From Desulfocapsa sulfexigens DSM 10523 (GTDB lineage: Bacteria; Desulfobacterota; Desulfobulbia; Desulfobulbales; Desulfocapsaceae), in contig NC_020304.1 in assembly GCF_000341395.1 (NCBI RefSeq), positions 2,790,001 through 2,822,000 of the forward strand: 32,000 nucleotides of DNA, in the 5' to 3' direction. The first letter of the stretch is position 1. Each line of letters starts with the position of its first letter. The notes below the pieces were generated by a model that made no database searches, was not told the origin of the DNA, and was given only the letters and a program-made list of their open reading frames with translations. A program made the position numbers and the translations under genes. Positions 10,329 through 19,557 of this stretch are shown piece after piece.

Positions 10329-11358
10329 TGGAAAAAAAGAAATGCCAATGAAAAAGATACTGGTAACAGGAACGGCTGGCTTTATCGGTTCTTTTCTGGC
10401 ACGTACCCTGCGTGAATCGGGTTGTGAAGTGATTGGAATTGATACAATCACCGATTATTACGATGTGGGTTTGAAAAAAGATCGTTTGGCGAAGATTGCA
10501 GGGGGGGAAGGGTTCCAGAATCTGGAGGTTGATATCTCGGATCGCGGGGCCATGGAGAAACTGTTTACAGATCATAGCTTTGATGCGGTGGTGAACCTGG
10601 CCGCCCAGCCGGGGGTTCGCTACTCGCTCATCAACCCTGCGTCCTATATTGATACCAATATTGTCGGTTTTGCCAATCTTCTTGAAGGCTGCCGCCATTC
10701 AGGGGTGAAACATTTTGTCTATGCCTCTTCAAGTTCGGTTTATGGGGCAAACACCCATCAGCCCTACTCAGAACATGATAATGTCAATCATCCCGTATCT
10801 CTCTACGCAGCATCAAAAAAGTCCAATGAACTGATGGCTCACTCCTATAGTCATCTTTTTGGTCTTCCCTGCACCGGGCTGAGGTTCTTTACAGTGTACG
10901 GCCCCTGGGGACGACCTGATATGGCTCCCATGCTTTTTGCCAGGGCTATTCTGGCCGGAGAGCCAATCAATGTCTTTAATAATGGGAATATGGAGCGTGA
11001 TTTTACCTTTATTGACGACATCGTTGAAGGGGTGGCCCGAGTGATCCAGAAACCTGCAGCACCGGATTTTGAATGGAAGAGTGAGGCGCCTGACCCTGCC
11101 ACGTCATACTGCCCCTATCGCGTCTATAATATAGGCAATAACAGGAAAGAGCGTCTCCTCTATTTTATCCAGCTTCTTGAGGAAAATCTTGGCAAAAAAG
11201 CAGATAAGAATTTTCTTCCCATGCAGCCGGGAGATGTGCAGGCAACCTATGCCAATGTAGATGATCTGATCAGGGACTTCGATTATAAGCCTGATACCCC
11301 TCTGGATGTTGGGGTGAAGCGTTTTGTTGACTGGTATCTGGACTACTACAAGCAGTAA
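10321..11358 (+). CDS. NAD-dependent epimerase/dehydratase, UDP-glucuronate 4-epimerase-like (SDR)
   Basis: KKILVTGTAGFIGSFLARTLRESGCEVIGIDTITDYYDVGLKKDRL; VNLAAQPGVRYS; YAASKKSNELMAHSYSHLFGLPCTGLRFFTVYGPWGRPDMA. SD AAGGGG upstream of ATG 10321, overlapping the fba stop by 8 nt. 10348 (MKKILV) is an alternative start. Confidence 0.88.
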   Translation: MTDGKKEMPMKKILVTGTAGFIGSFLARTLRESGCEVIGIDTITDYYDVGLKKDRLAKIAGGEGFQNLEVDISDRGAMEKLFTDHSFDAVVNLAAQPGVRYSLINPASYIDTNIVGFANLLEGCRHSGVKHFVYASSSSVYGANTHQPYSEHDNVNHPVSLYAASKKSNELMAHSYSHLFGLPCTGLRFFTVYGPWGRPDMAPMLFARAILAGEPINVFNNGNMERDFTFIDDIVEGVARVIQKPAAPDFEWKSEAPDPATSYCPYRVYNIGNNRKERLLYFIQLLEENLGKKADKNFLPMQPGDVQATYANVDDLIRDFDYKPDTPLDVGVKRFVDWYLDYYKQ

Positions 11359-11386
11359 AGATAAAAAATCTTTAAAGACATTGTAT

Positions 11387-11422
11387 ACGTTCTGCAGAGG
11401 CCTGGCCCCTGTAGAACGTTTT
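11387..11422 (+). terminator. Putative intrinsic terminator between the convergent epimerase gene and dxs
   Basis: 14-nt arms ACGTTCTGCAGAGG (11387-11400) and CCCCTGTAGAACGT (11406-11419) with one G-U pair and one A-C mismatch, 5-nt loop CCTGG, followed by a short T tract (TTTT, 11419-11422) abutting the dxs stop. Confidence 0.6.
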
Positions 11423-13326
11423 CAGTCCTTCATTAACTCCATTGCGGCATTGATGATAGAGGGGGAATCCAGTTTAGAATTTTTCCACAGTGTTTTCTGC
11501 GGGCCGTGTTCAATGAAATGGTCCGGGTAGCCAAGTAAATGGGTTTTTACTGCAAAGAGTTTGTTTTTTGAGAGAAGTTCAAGAACCAGGCTTCCAAAAC
11601 CGCCGTGTTCAGCATTGTCCTCTATTGTTACCACCCTTCCCGTTTTTCGGGCCCATTCACAGATCAGTTCGTCATCCAGTGGTTTAATAAAGCGTGGATT
11701 AATGACAGCGGCATTGATACCAAGCTTTTCGAGTCCTTCAGCGGCCTTAATTGCGGGGTAAACTCTATTGCCAACTGGCAGCAGCAGAATGTCTTCTCCC
11801 TGGCGCAAAAGTTCTCCTTTGCCAACTTCAAGATTCACAAAGTCAGGGTCGAGGGGGACATTTTCTCCGGCTCCGCGTGGGTATCTGATTGCAGCAGGGC
11901 CGGGAAGGGAGATTGCTGTGTGGAGCATATGCTGCAGTTCGTTCTCATCCTTTGGTGCCATATAGGTGAGGTTTGGAATAAATCTGAGGAAAGAAATATC
12001 GAAAACACCATGATGGGTAGGCCCGTCATCGCCCACTACACCGCCTCGGTCAATGGCAAGGGTAACCGGAAGAGAGGGGATACAGACATCGTGGATGATC
12101 TGGTCAAGAGCCCTCTGGAAAAAAGAGGAGTAGATGGCTACAACCGGTCGCTTCCCTTCAACAGCAAGACCAGCAGCAAAAGTCACTCCATGTTGTTCTG
12201 CTATGCCTACATCAAAAAAACGATCAGGGAATTCTTTGCTGAAATTTGTGAGCCCTGTTCCAGCAGGCATGGCAGCTGAAATAGCGACCACGTCGGGGTT
12301 GTTTCTCGCAATGGTGCAGATTGATTTTCCGAAAACCTCGGTGTAACTGATGGGACTGGATGATGGTATCGGAACACCGGTCAAGACATCAAACGGACCA
12401 ACCCCATGGTAATTGCCGGGGTTTGCTTCTGCGGGCCCATAGCCTCTTCCCTTCTGGGTGATGACATGGACAAGTACCGGACCGTCAACATTATCCCTGA
12501 TGTTTTCAAGGGTTGGAATCAGGTCTTCAAGTTGGTGGCCGGAAATGGGTCCGATATAATAGAACTTCAGGGCCTCAAAGAGCATTGCCGGGGTAAAGAA
12601 ACTTTTGATATTTTCTTCACTCTTTTTCAGGACATTCAAGAAACGGTCACCGACACCATGAAGATCCTTCAAACGGGTGGATATATGTTTACGAAGTCGT
12701 CTTACAGTCTTGCTGGTGAGTTGTCTGGAGAGAAAACTTGACATGGCGCCAACGTTTTCCGAGATGGACATTTCATTATCATTTAGAATTACGATAAGAT
12801 CCTTATCCAGATGTCCAGCCTGATTCAGGGCCTCAAAGGCGATACCAGCAGTCATGGAACCATCTCCGATAATAGCGACAACCTTATTCGAATCTTTCTT
12901 GAGATCTTTTGCACAGGCCATTCCCAGAGCTGCAGAAATGGAGGTGGAAGAGTGACCCGTTTCAAAGGCATCGTACTCGCTTTCCTTGAATTTCGGAAAA
13001 CCGCTTAAACCTTTATACTGGCGGAGAGTAGAAAATTTATCCTGCCTGCCAGTCAGCAGTTTGTGGGCATATGTCTGATGCCCAACATCCCACACAAGCT
13101 TGTCATTCGGCGTGTTGAAAACATAGTGGAGGGCAAGGGTGAGTTCAACAACGCCAAGGCTCGGTGCCAGATGGCCTCCTGTTTTGGATACGGTATTGAT
13201 GATGGTTTCACGCAGATCGTCAGCGATGGTTTCGAGTTCAGGTATTGAAAGCTTGCGAAGGTCTTCGGGAGACTTGATATCGACGAGTCTGGTAACGATG
13301 GAATCTGTATTCTCTGTTGTTAACAT
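11422..13326 (-). CDS. dxs: 1-deoxy-D-xylulose-5-phosphate synthase
   Basis: LSIPELETIADDLRETIINTVSKTGGHLAPSLGVVELTLALHYVFNTPNDKLVWDVGHQTYAHKLLTG; IGDGSMTAGIAFEALNQAG; FDVGIAEQHGVTFAAGLA; YPRGAG. Confidence 0.97.
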   Translation of the reverse strand: MLTTENTDSIVTRLVDIKSPEDLRKLSIPELETIADDLRETIINTVSKTGGHLAPSLGVVELTLALHYVFNTPNDKLVWDVGHQTYAHKLLTGRQDKFSTLRQYKGLSGFPKFKESEYDAFETGHSSTSISAALGMACAKDLKKDSNKVVAIIGDGSMTAGIAFEALNQAGHLDKDLIVILNDNEMSISENVGAMSSFLSRQLTSKTVRRLRKHISTRLKDLHGVGDRFLNVLKKSEENIKSFFTPAMLFEALKFYYIGPISGHQLEDLIPTLENIRDNVDGPVLVHVITQKGRGYGPAEANPGNYHGVGPFDVLTGVPIPSSSPISYTEVFGKSICTIARNNPDVVAISAAMPAGTGLTNFSKEFPDRFFDVGIAEQHGVTFAAGLAVEGKRPVVAIYSSFFQRALDQIIHDVCIPSLPVTLAIDRGGVVGDDGPTHHGVFDISFLRFIPNLTYMAPKDENELQHMLHTAISLPGPAAIRYPRGAGENVPLDPDFVNLEVGKGELLRQGEDILLLPVGNRVYPAIKAAEGLEKLGINAAVINPRFIKPLDDELICEWARKTGRVVTIEDNAEHGGFGSLVLELLSKNKLFAVKTHLLGYPDHFIEHGPQKTLWKNSKLDSPSIINAAMELMKD

Positions 13327-13353
13327 GGTGGATATCCCGGAGGGCCGCTCTGA

Positions 13354-14250
13354 CTAATGCGACCGAGTATATATGTAGTCAGCCAGTAGGCGAAGTGGCT
13401 GTGCTTTGTCATCAAAATCTTTCAGGCAGGTTTTCGCCTTTTCAATAGCATTGAGGGCACGTTTCCGTGTCTCTTCAATACCAAAGTAAGCAGGATAGGT
13501 GGCTTTGCCAAGTTCAATGTCGCTTCCCGCAGCTTTGCCCAGTTGCTCTGTGGTGGCTGTTGCATTGAGCAGATCATCAACAATTTGAAAGGCCAGGCCG
13601 ATCTGATGCCCATACTGTTTCAATGCTTCGGATTGCTCTCTGTCTGCACCGGCTGCTATCGCACCGGAAACAACGGAAGCTGTGATCAGTGCTCCTGTCT
13701 TACTTCTGTGTATTGTTTGCAGGGTTTCAAAAGGAAACCGGGTGTTTTCACTCGCTATGTCCAGTGCCTGCCCACCAACCATCCCGAAGGAGCCAGCGGC
13801 GTGTGCTATGCAGTGACTGATTGCAAGTTTTTTTTCGGAATCAAGATTGCCGTGACTGGGGTTGCAGAGGAGATCAAAAGCCCAGGTGAGAAGTCCATCA
13901 CCGGCAAGAATGGCTCCCGCTTCACCGTAAAGGACATGGTTGGTAGCTTTTCCACGGCGTAACGCATCGTTGTCCATGGCTGGCAGGTCGTCATGGATAA
14001 GTGAATAGGTGTGAATGCATTCAAGAGCACAGGCAACGGGAAGAATGTTCTGGTCATCAATGGTATTTCCACCAACTGCCCGGGCTGCTGCTATGCAGAG
14101 AATGGGGCGAACCCGTTTTCCTCCGGCAAGTAAGGAGTAGCGCATGGCTTCGATATGCTTTGCAAAGTCACCAGTTGCAGCCGGGATATAGCTGTCAAAG
14201 GCAGCCTCAACCAGAAGCCTTTGTTCCTTAAGATAGCTCTTGATCTCCAT
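13354..14250 (-). CDS. ispA: Polyprenyl (farnesyl/geranylgeranyl) diphosphate synthase
   Basis: [26 protein letters not shown]; first Asp-rich motif DDLPAMDND; LIHDDLP; second motif FQIVDDLL; located between xseB and dxs. ORF opens at 14265; MEIKSYL at 14250 is the likely start. Confidence 0.93.
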   Translation of the reverse strand: MEIKSYLKEQRLLVEAAFDSYIPAATGDFAKHIEAMRYSLLAGGKRVRPILCIAAARAVGGNTIDDQNILPVACALECIHTYSLIHDDLPAMDNDALRRGKATNHVLYGEAGAILAGDGLLTWAFDLLCNPSHGNLDSEKKLAISHCIAHAAGSFGMVGGQALDIASENTRFPFETLQTIHRSKTGALITASVVSGAIAAGADREQSEALKQYGHQIGLAFQIVDDLLNATATTEQLGKAAGSDIELGKATYPAYFGIEETRKRALNAIEKAKTCLKDFDDKAQPLRLLADYIYTRSH

Positions 14251-14473
14251 GATCCAACTCGTCAAATGGTTGTTTGGTTAGGCCACCCTGTTTTTCGAGG
14301 AGCAATTCTACTTTTGCCTTTGCTTCGGTCAGCGTTGTGTTGCAGTATTCAACCAGACCGATTCCTTCATCGAATTTCTTCAGGCTGACTTCAAGGCTGA
14401 GATCGCCATTTTCAAGCTCTTCTGTGATCTGCTCGAGTTTTCCTAGTGCATTTTCAAAAGTTCGTTTAGCCAT
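14228..14473 (-). CDS. xseB: Exodeoxyribonuclease VII small subunit
   Basis: [58 protein letters not shown]; typical 80-aa XseB overlapping the start of the prenyltransferase gene. Confidence 0.94.
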   Translation of the reverse strand: MAKRTFENALGKLEQITEELENGDLSLEVSLKKFDEGIGLVEYCNTTLTEAKAKVELLLEKQGGLTKQPFDELDHGDQELS

Positions 14474-14590
14474 TTTTATTAATCTGTGTGAAGGTGCTGA
14501 ATTGCTTTTCTTTCCCTCTAAAGACCATTATATATATTCATAGTTGAAGGAGAAGTCGAGAAGAAAGTGGTTTGAGCTACCCCCCTGAAT

Positions 14591-15499
14591 ATGACGAAGA
14601 TTGATACCCAAATAGAAGCATTTTTGACCTGGCTTGAAGTGGAAAAGGGCTATTCGCCTCACACTGTATCCGGGTATGGCCATGATCTGTCTGAATTTGC
14701 AGCAATGCTCGGAAGGGATGAAAAAACAGAAAATATTGAGTCGCTCCACATTCGCCGCTTTGTCGTGAGTCTCCATGGGAATAACAGTGCGGCAACGGTT
14801 GCCCGAAAACTCTCTGCGCTGCGATCATTTTTTAAATTCCTCCTTCGTGAACATATTATCAAAAGTGATCCTGTTGCCGGGATAACAGGTCCAAAGACTG
14901 GAAAATATTTACCGGTTTTTCTCACCGTTGATGAGGTTTTTTCCCTTTTAGAAGCACCTTCTGAAAAAGATAGATTTATGCTCCGTGATCGTGCAATTCT
15001 TGAGCTTTTATACTCAACGGGAATGCGTGTTGCCGAATTGGTTTCACGAGACCTTTTGAACCTTGATTTTGTAACTGAAATGCTTAGGGTGAGGGGCAAG
15101 GGAGATAAGGAACGCCTTGTTCCAGTTGGACGACCCGCCCTTGAGGCCGTGAAGGCCTGGTTGTTTTTGCGCGATCAGCTTATCTCCGATCGTGCAAAGA
15201 GAGGGCGACCGGTGGAAAGAATGGCCCTCTTTCTCAATGGCCGCGGGAGTCGCTTGACAACACGAAGCGTGGAACGACTGGTAAAATCATACGGAGAGCG
15301 GGCAGGCATTCCTCAGATTGTGACTCCCCATGCCCTGCGTCATTCATTTGCCACCCATCTGCTGGAGATGGGGGCTGATCTACGCTCTGTTCAGGAACTT
15401 TTGGGACATGCCAGCCTGTCAACCACACAGCGCTATACGCATCTAACTCTTGATCATTTAACGGAAGTATATGATAAAGCGCATCCACATGCCAAATGA
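14591..15499 (+). CDS. xerC: Tyrosine recombinase XerC-like
   Basis: SAM-like N-terminal domain; ILELLYSTGMRVAELVSRDLLNLD (Arg), TPHALRHSFATHLLEMGADLRSVQELLGHASLSTTQRYTHLT (H-R-H-Y); immediately upstream of hslV/hslU, the classic xerC(codV)-hslVU arrangement. Confidence 0.92.
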   Translation: MTKIDTQIEAFLTWLEVEKGYSPHTVSGYGHDLSEFAAMLGRDEKTENIESLHIRRFVVSLHGNNSAATVARKLSALRSFFKFLLREHIIKSDPVAGITGPKTGKYLPVFLTVDEVFSLLEAPSEKDRFMLRDRAILELLYSTGMRVAELVSRDLLNLDFVTEMLRVRGKGDKERLVPVGRPALEAVKAWLFLRDQLISDRAKRGRPVERMALFLNGRGSRLTTRSVERLVKSYGERAGIPQIVTPHALRHSFATHLLEMGADLRSVQELLGHASLSTTQRYTHLTLDHLTEVYDKAHPHAK

Positions 15500-15543
15500 A
15501 GTGGAATTAACTCAACAAACCAATTGATAGTAAGAAAAATAAT

Positions 15544-16080
15544 ATGAAAATACGCTCAACAACAATACTTGCGGTTCGTCATAATGGTCAGGTTGCTGTG
15601 GCCGGGGATGGTCAGGTTTCTCTCGGGAATACGGTGATGAAGCATCACGCGAAGAAGGTGAGACGTTTGTACCACGGTAAGGTCATCACCGGCTTTGCAG
15701 GCGCTACTGCCGATGCCTTTACCCTTTTTGATCTGCTCGAGCAGAAACTTGAACAGTATAAGGGGAATCTTATGCGGGCAGCTGTAGAGCTTGCTAAAGA
15801 ATGGCGTACTGACAAGATGCTGCGCAGGCTTGAAGCAATGCTGGTAGCTGTGGATGAAGATTACTCATTGCTTCTCAGTGGAACCGGCGACGTTATTGAG
15901 GCTGATAACGGTGTTCTTGCAATTGGTTCGGGCGGTCCCTATGCCCAGGCTGCCGCTTTGGCACTTATTGGGAATTCAGAATTAAGTGCTGAGGAGATCT
16001 GCCGTGCTTCCATGACCATTGCTGCAGATATCTGCGTATTTACCAATCATTCCGTCATAATTGAAAAAATAGAAAAATAA
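15544..16080 (+). CDS. hslV: ATP-dependent protease peptidase subunit HslV
   Basis: [63 protein letters not shown]. Confidence 0.97.
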   Translation: MKIRSTTILAVRHNGQVAVAGDGQVSLGNTVMKHHAKKVRRLYHGKVITGFAGATADAFTLFDLLEQKLEQYKGNLMRAAVELAKEWRTDKMLRRLEAMLVAVDEDYSLLLSGTGDVIEADNGVLAIGSGGPYAQAAALALIGNSELSAEEICRASMTIAADICVFTNHSVIIEKIEK

Positions 16081-16081
16081 A

Positions 16082-17500
16082 GTGATGATACCTACACAAT
16101 CCCTTACCCCTAAAGATATAGTTGCTGAGCTGGATAAATATATAGTCGGGCAGGCTGATGCGAAAAGATCCGTTGCAATAGCACTGAGAAACCGTTGGCG
16201 GAGGCGTCAGGTACCATCTCCGCTCCGTGAGGAAATTGCCCCCAAAAATATTATAATGATCGGACCCACCGGGGTCGGGAAAACAGAAATTGCCAGGCGT
16301 CTGGCTACCCTTGCTCAATCGCCTTTCTTTAAAGTTGAGGCTTCAAAATTCACCGAGGTAGGCTATGTGGGACGAGATGTCGAATCCATGGTTCGGGATC
16401 TTGTTGAAATCGCGATCAGTATGGTGAAAAAAGAAGAGCGGGAACGCCTTCAGGGACTTGCTGAGGCCAATGCCGAGGAACGCATTCTTGATGTTCTGCT
16501 TCCCCCAGTGAATCCACCAAGCCATATGCAGGCAGGTCCCGATGGTCTCAACTCGTTTGTGACAAGTAAGGATACGCTGGACGTGGAAAAACTTCCGGAG
16601 CAGGTAAAGACTGGTGATTCCACCCGCGAAAAATTTCGGGAAATGCTGCGGCAGGGGAAACTCGACGAACGGGAAGTGGAACTTGACCTTGAGGAATCCC
16701 GTTCCACACCCATGGTGGAAATAATGACCACATCCGGGATGGAAGATATGCAGTCCAACCTTCAGGATGCCTTCAGTAAGATTTTTCCGAAAAAGAAAAA
16801 GAAACGCCGGGTGAAAATTCCTGACGCCATCAAAGGCTTGACCCAGGAGGAAATGGAACGTCTCATCGATATGGATAAGGTGACCAGTGAAGCCCTGAAA
16901 CGTACCGAGGAGTCCGGTATCATATTTCTTGATGAGATTGACAAGGTCGCTTCACGAAGCTCAGGGGGGCATGGCCCCGAGGTGTCACGTGAAGGCGTGC
17001 AGCGGGATCTCCTTCCCATCGTAGAAGGGTCCACTGTCACCACAAAGTATGGAATGGTCAAGACTGATCATATTCTCTTTATAGCAAGTGGTGCTTTTCA
17101 TCTCTGTAAGCCATCTGATCTTATTCCGGAATTACAGGGTCGTTTTCCCATTCGTGTTGAACTTACTCCTTTGGGAAAAGATGAATTTGTACGTATCCTG
17201 ACTGAACCTGAAAGTGCCCTGGTGAAACAGTATATAGCCATGATGGCAACCGAAGGTGTGGAACTTGTCTTTGAGCCGGAAGCTATTGAAGAACTTGCCG
17301 CTATTGCTGTTGAAGTTAATGAGAACACAGAAGAAATTGGCGCGAGGCGTTTGCATACCGTAATGGAAAGAGTTCTTGACGAGCTCTCTTTTGATGCAAG
17401 TGAGCGTGGAGAAGAACAGTTTGTGGTGACCGCTGCCTACGTAAAGCAACAACTTCAGAGTGTGGTTGAGGACAGGGATCTCAGCCGATTTATCCTCTAA
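16082..17500 (+). CDS. hslU: ATP-dependent protease ATPase subunit HslU
   Basis: [38 protein letters not shown]; [15 protein letters not shown]; [11 protein letters not shown]; [12 protein letters not shown] at 16082 or ATG at 16085. Confidence 0.97.
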   Translation: MMIPTQSLTPKDIVAELDKYIVGQADAKRSVAIALRNRWRRRQVPSPLREEIAPKNIIMIGPTGVGKTEIARRLATLAQSPFFKVEASKFTEVGYVGRDVESMVRDLVEIAISMVKKEERERLQGLAEANAEERILDVLLPPVNPPSHMQAGPDGLNSFVTSKDTLDVEKLPEQVKTGDSTREKFREMLRQGKLDEREVELDLEESRSTPMVEIMTTSGMEDMQSNLQDAFSKIFPKKKKKRRVKIPDAIKGLTQEEMERLIDMDKVTSEALKRTEESGIIFLDEIDKVASRSSGGHGPEVSREGVQRDLLPIVEGSTVTTKYGMVKTDHILFIASGAFHLCKPSDLIPELQGRFPIRVELTPLGKDEFVRILTEPESALVKQYIAMMATEGVELVFEPEAIEELAAIAVEVNENTEEIGARRLHTVMERVLDELSFDASERGEEQFVVTAAYVKQQLQSVVEDRDLSRFIL

Positions 17501-17530
17501 TATATTTGAACAATTAGGAAGCAAAAAAGT

Positions 17531-18052
17531 ATGCGCTATATTGATCCGGACCTGAAATACTGCCCCCAATGTGATGAAGAGTACCGAGAAGAAATAATCA
17601 GCTGTGCGTCATGCGGTGTCCCACTTATAACGGGCACCGAAAGGCAGGCGGCGGAAGAGGCGGCTAAAATAAAACTTGCTTCACGATCCATGGATATATC
17701 CCCTGATGACGAGCTTGTGAATATCAGGAAAGGTCCATTGGGAGAGATGAAACAGCTGCAGGCTTTGCTCGGTTCTGAAAATATCCCATCACTGGTTGCG
17801 GGAGAAAAAAGTAATTGTGGTAAAGGCTGTTGTGGCGGAGATATGTATCTGCAGATAAAAAGGGCAGATGGGGAGGATGCAATGGAGGTCCTGGCTCAGG
17901 AATTCAAACGAACCACAGCGCTCGATTCCCATGATTTAAGTAATGTACACGCAGTCTTTGATACAGGGGCAGCAAAGTCTACCTGCCCCGCCTGTGGAAC
18001 CATGTTTTCAACCAGCGAGTCCACCTGCCCCGATTGTGGTCTGTGTTTTTAG
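17531..18052 (+). CDS. Zinc-ribbon protein with central DUF2007-like segment, function unknown
   Basis: N-terminal CPQCDEEYREEIISCASCGVPL, central MKQLQALLGSENIPSLVAGEKSNCGKGCCGGDMYLQIKRADGEDAMEVL, C-terminal CPACGTMFSTSESTCPDCGLCF. Confidence 0.75.
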   Translation: MRYIDPDLKYCPQCDEEYREEIISCASCGVPLITGTERQAAEEAAKIKLASRSMDISPDDELVNIRKGPLGEMKQLQALLGSENIPSLVAGEKSNCGKGCCGGDMYLQIKRADGEDAMEVLAQEFKRTTALDSHDLSNVHAVFDTGAAKSTCPACGTMFSTSESTCPDCGLCF

Positions 18053-18080
18053 GGGTACCGCCTTTAAAGAAAAAAACTTA

Positions 18081-19553
18081 TTAAACCTTTGTTGGAAGCA
18101 GCACAGATTCATTGTTGCGAAAGATTGCAACCCGGTTACGGCCCATATGCTTTGCATGATAGAGGGCGGTGTCTGCGGTGTTGATCAGATCATTTTTGTT
18201 CTGAGTGACCAGTGAAGAGAGACTTGAAACACCAAGGCTGATGGTTACCAGGATAAGTTTGTCTTTATGATAATACCCCTGCCGTTCTACAACGAGCCGT
18301 AACCGTTCTGCAACCAGCCCGGCTTTATGAAGATTAGCCATGGGAAGAATAATAAGAAACTCTTCACCACCATAGCGACAGATAACCTCTTCATTACGGA
18401 GATTGAGGGCAAGTGCCGAGGCAACATTCTTTAGTATCATATCCCCAGCTTCATGTCCGAATGTATCATTCACTTTTTTGAATTTGTCGATATCAATCAT
18501 TATGGCACTGAGGTCACTTCTATGTCGAAGTGCTGTGGAAAACTCTTCTTCAAGACGAACCAGGCCGAAACGCCGGTTCAATATATGGGTTAGCGAGTCA
18601 TAGGATGCCATCTCCTGGATTTTATTGTGGAGCAGTGCATTTTGCAGGTAGGGTGCCATGTAACTTGCGTAGGTCTCAAGCATCTCCTTCTGAATGCTTT
18701 CAGAGACTTTACTGTCTCCGCAGGCTGCGATCAAAAGGCCAACGGTGCTCTTGTCTGCTATCAGAGGGATAATACGGATAAATTTTGGTTTGAAGGTGCC
18801 TAAAGGGGTGCTAATGGTAATCCAGTTGAAATTATTTGCCTCGGTATCAATGGTGTGGATAGTGCCGGATTCAATGGTGTCGCTGATGGTACCCTGCCAG
18901 GGTTCAAGTTTGCGTGGCAGTTTGTCATCCGTGTCAACGTCATGGCTGGCAAGGAGAATCATCTCATCTTCTATTTTTCCGTACAGGACTCCTGACGTAA
19001 TACAGGTGGTCTCTATAAAGTACCTGAGGATAATATCACTGGTTGTGTCCAGATCAATATTGGCTGAGAGCGTTGCAACAATTCCTCTGAAACTGGCTTC
19101 ATGGTTCAACCGCTGTTCAACAGTACTGCTCATGGTGTTAAATGCCTGGGTGACCTGGCCGATCATGTCATTGCTTTTTACTTCGATTTCGTAGCTTGTC
19201 TGGCTATGTTTTCTGCTGAACATGGCGGAACGGATTTGTTTGTTGACCTGGTTCATTCCTTCAACAAGAAATCGAAGTTGCTTGGAAACGACGAGGGAAA
19301 AAAGCATGTAGTTCGCAACGCCAACGGTTATTCCTGCAGTTATGCACATCAGGGTGAAACTGATGGAAACGGCACGGGGGTCACTGAAATAGACTTTCAC
19401 GATGGGTGGAAATGCTACCCCCATGGCAAATCCAAATGTGACCATGCAGAGAAAGAGAATCAGAAAGACATTCTTGAGTTTTCCCTTGGGTGCGTTTCTG
19501 ATGTCGATCTGGTATTCGATTGGTGACGTATTTTTGAGGAATTGGTCTGTCAT
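18081..19553 (-). CDS. Membrane GGDEF-domain protein (HAMP-like, GAF-like, diguanylate cyclase)
   Basis: Two N-terminal TM segments, HAMP-like region, GAF-like region, and DSLTHILNRRFG..AIMIDIDKFKKVNDTFGHEAGD..VICRYGGEEFLIILP (GGEEF). ORF opens at 19658; MTDQFLKN at 19553 is the likely start. Confidence 0.9.
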   Translation of the reverse strand: MTDQFLKNTSPIEYQIDIRNAPKGKLKNVFLILFLCMVTFGFAMGVAFPPIVKVYFSDPRAVSISFTLMCITAGITVGVANYMLFSLVVSKQLRFLVEGMNQVNKQIRSAMFSRKHSQTSYEIEVKSNDMIGQVTQAFNTMSSTVEQRLNHEASFRGIVATLSANIDLDTTSDIILRYFIETTCITSGVLYGKIEDEMILLASHDVDTDDKLPRKLEPWQGTISDTIESGTIHTIDTEANNFNWITISTPLGTFKPKFIRIIPLIADKSTVGLLIAACGDSKVSESIQKEMLETYASYMAPYLQNALLHNKIQEMASYDSLTHILNRRFGLVRLEEEFSTALRHRSDLSAIMIDIDKFKKVNDTFGHEAGDMILKNVASALALNLRNEEVICRYGGEEFLIILPMANLHKAGLVAERLRLVVERQGYYHKDKLILVTISLGVSSLSSLVTQNKNDLINTADTALYHAKHMGRNRVAIFRNNESVLLPTKV

Positions 19554-19557
19554 TGTT

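Noticed and set aside
10219-10698. 159-aa minus-strand ORF across the fba/epimerase junction
   Set aside because: Overlaps two well-supported genes on the other strand; no domain signature.
11605-12279. 224-aa plus-strand ORF opposite dxs
   Set aside because: Antisense shadow of dxs; the opposite strand is clearly conserved coding sequence.
14591-15499. Tyrosine recombinase considered as integrase of a mobile element
   Set aside because: Sequence and the xerC-hslV-hslU context fit the housekeeping dimer-resolution recombinase; no att repeats, tRNA or phage genes nearby.
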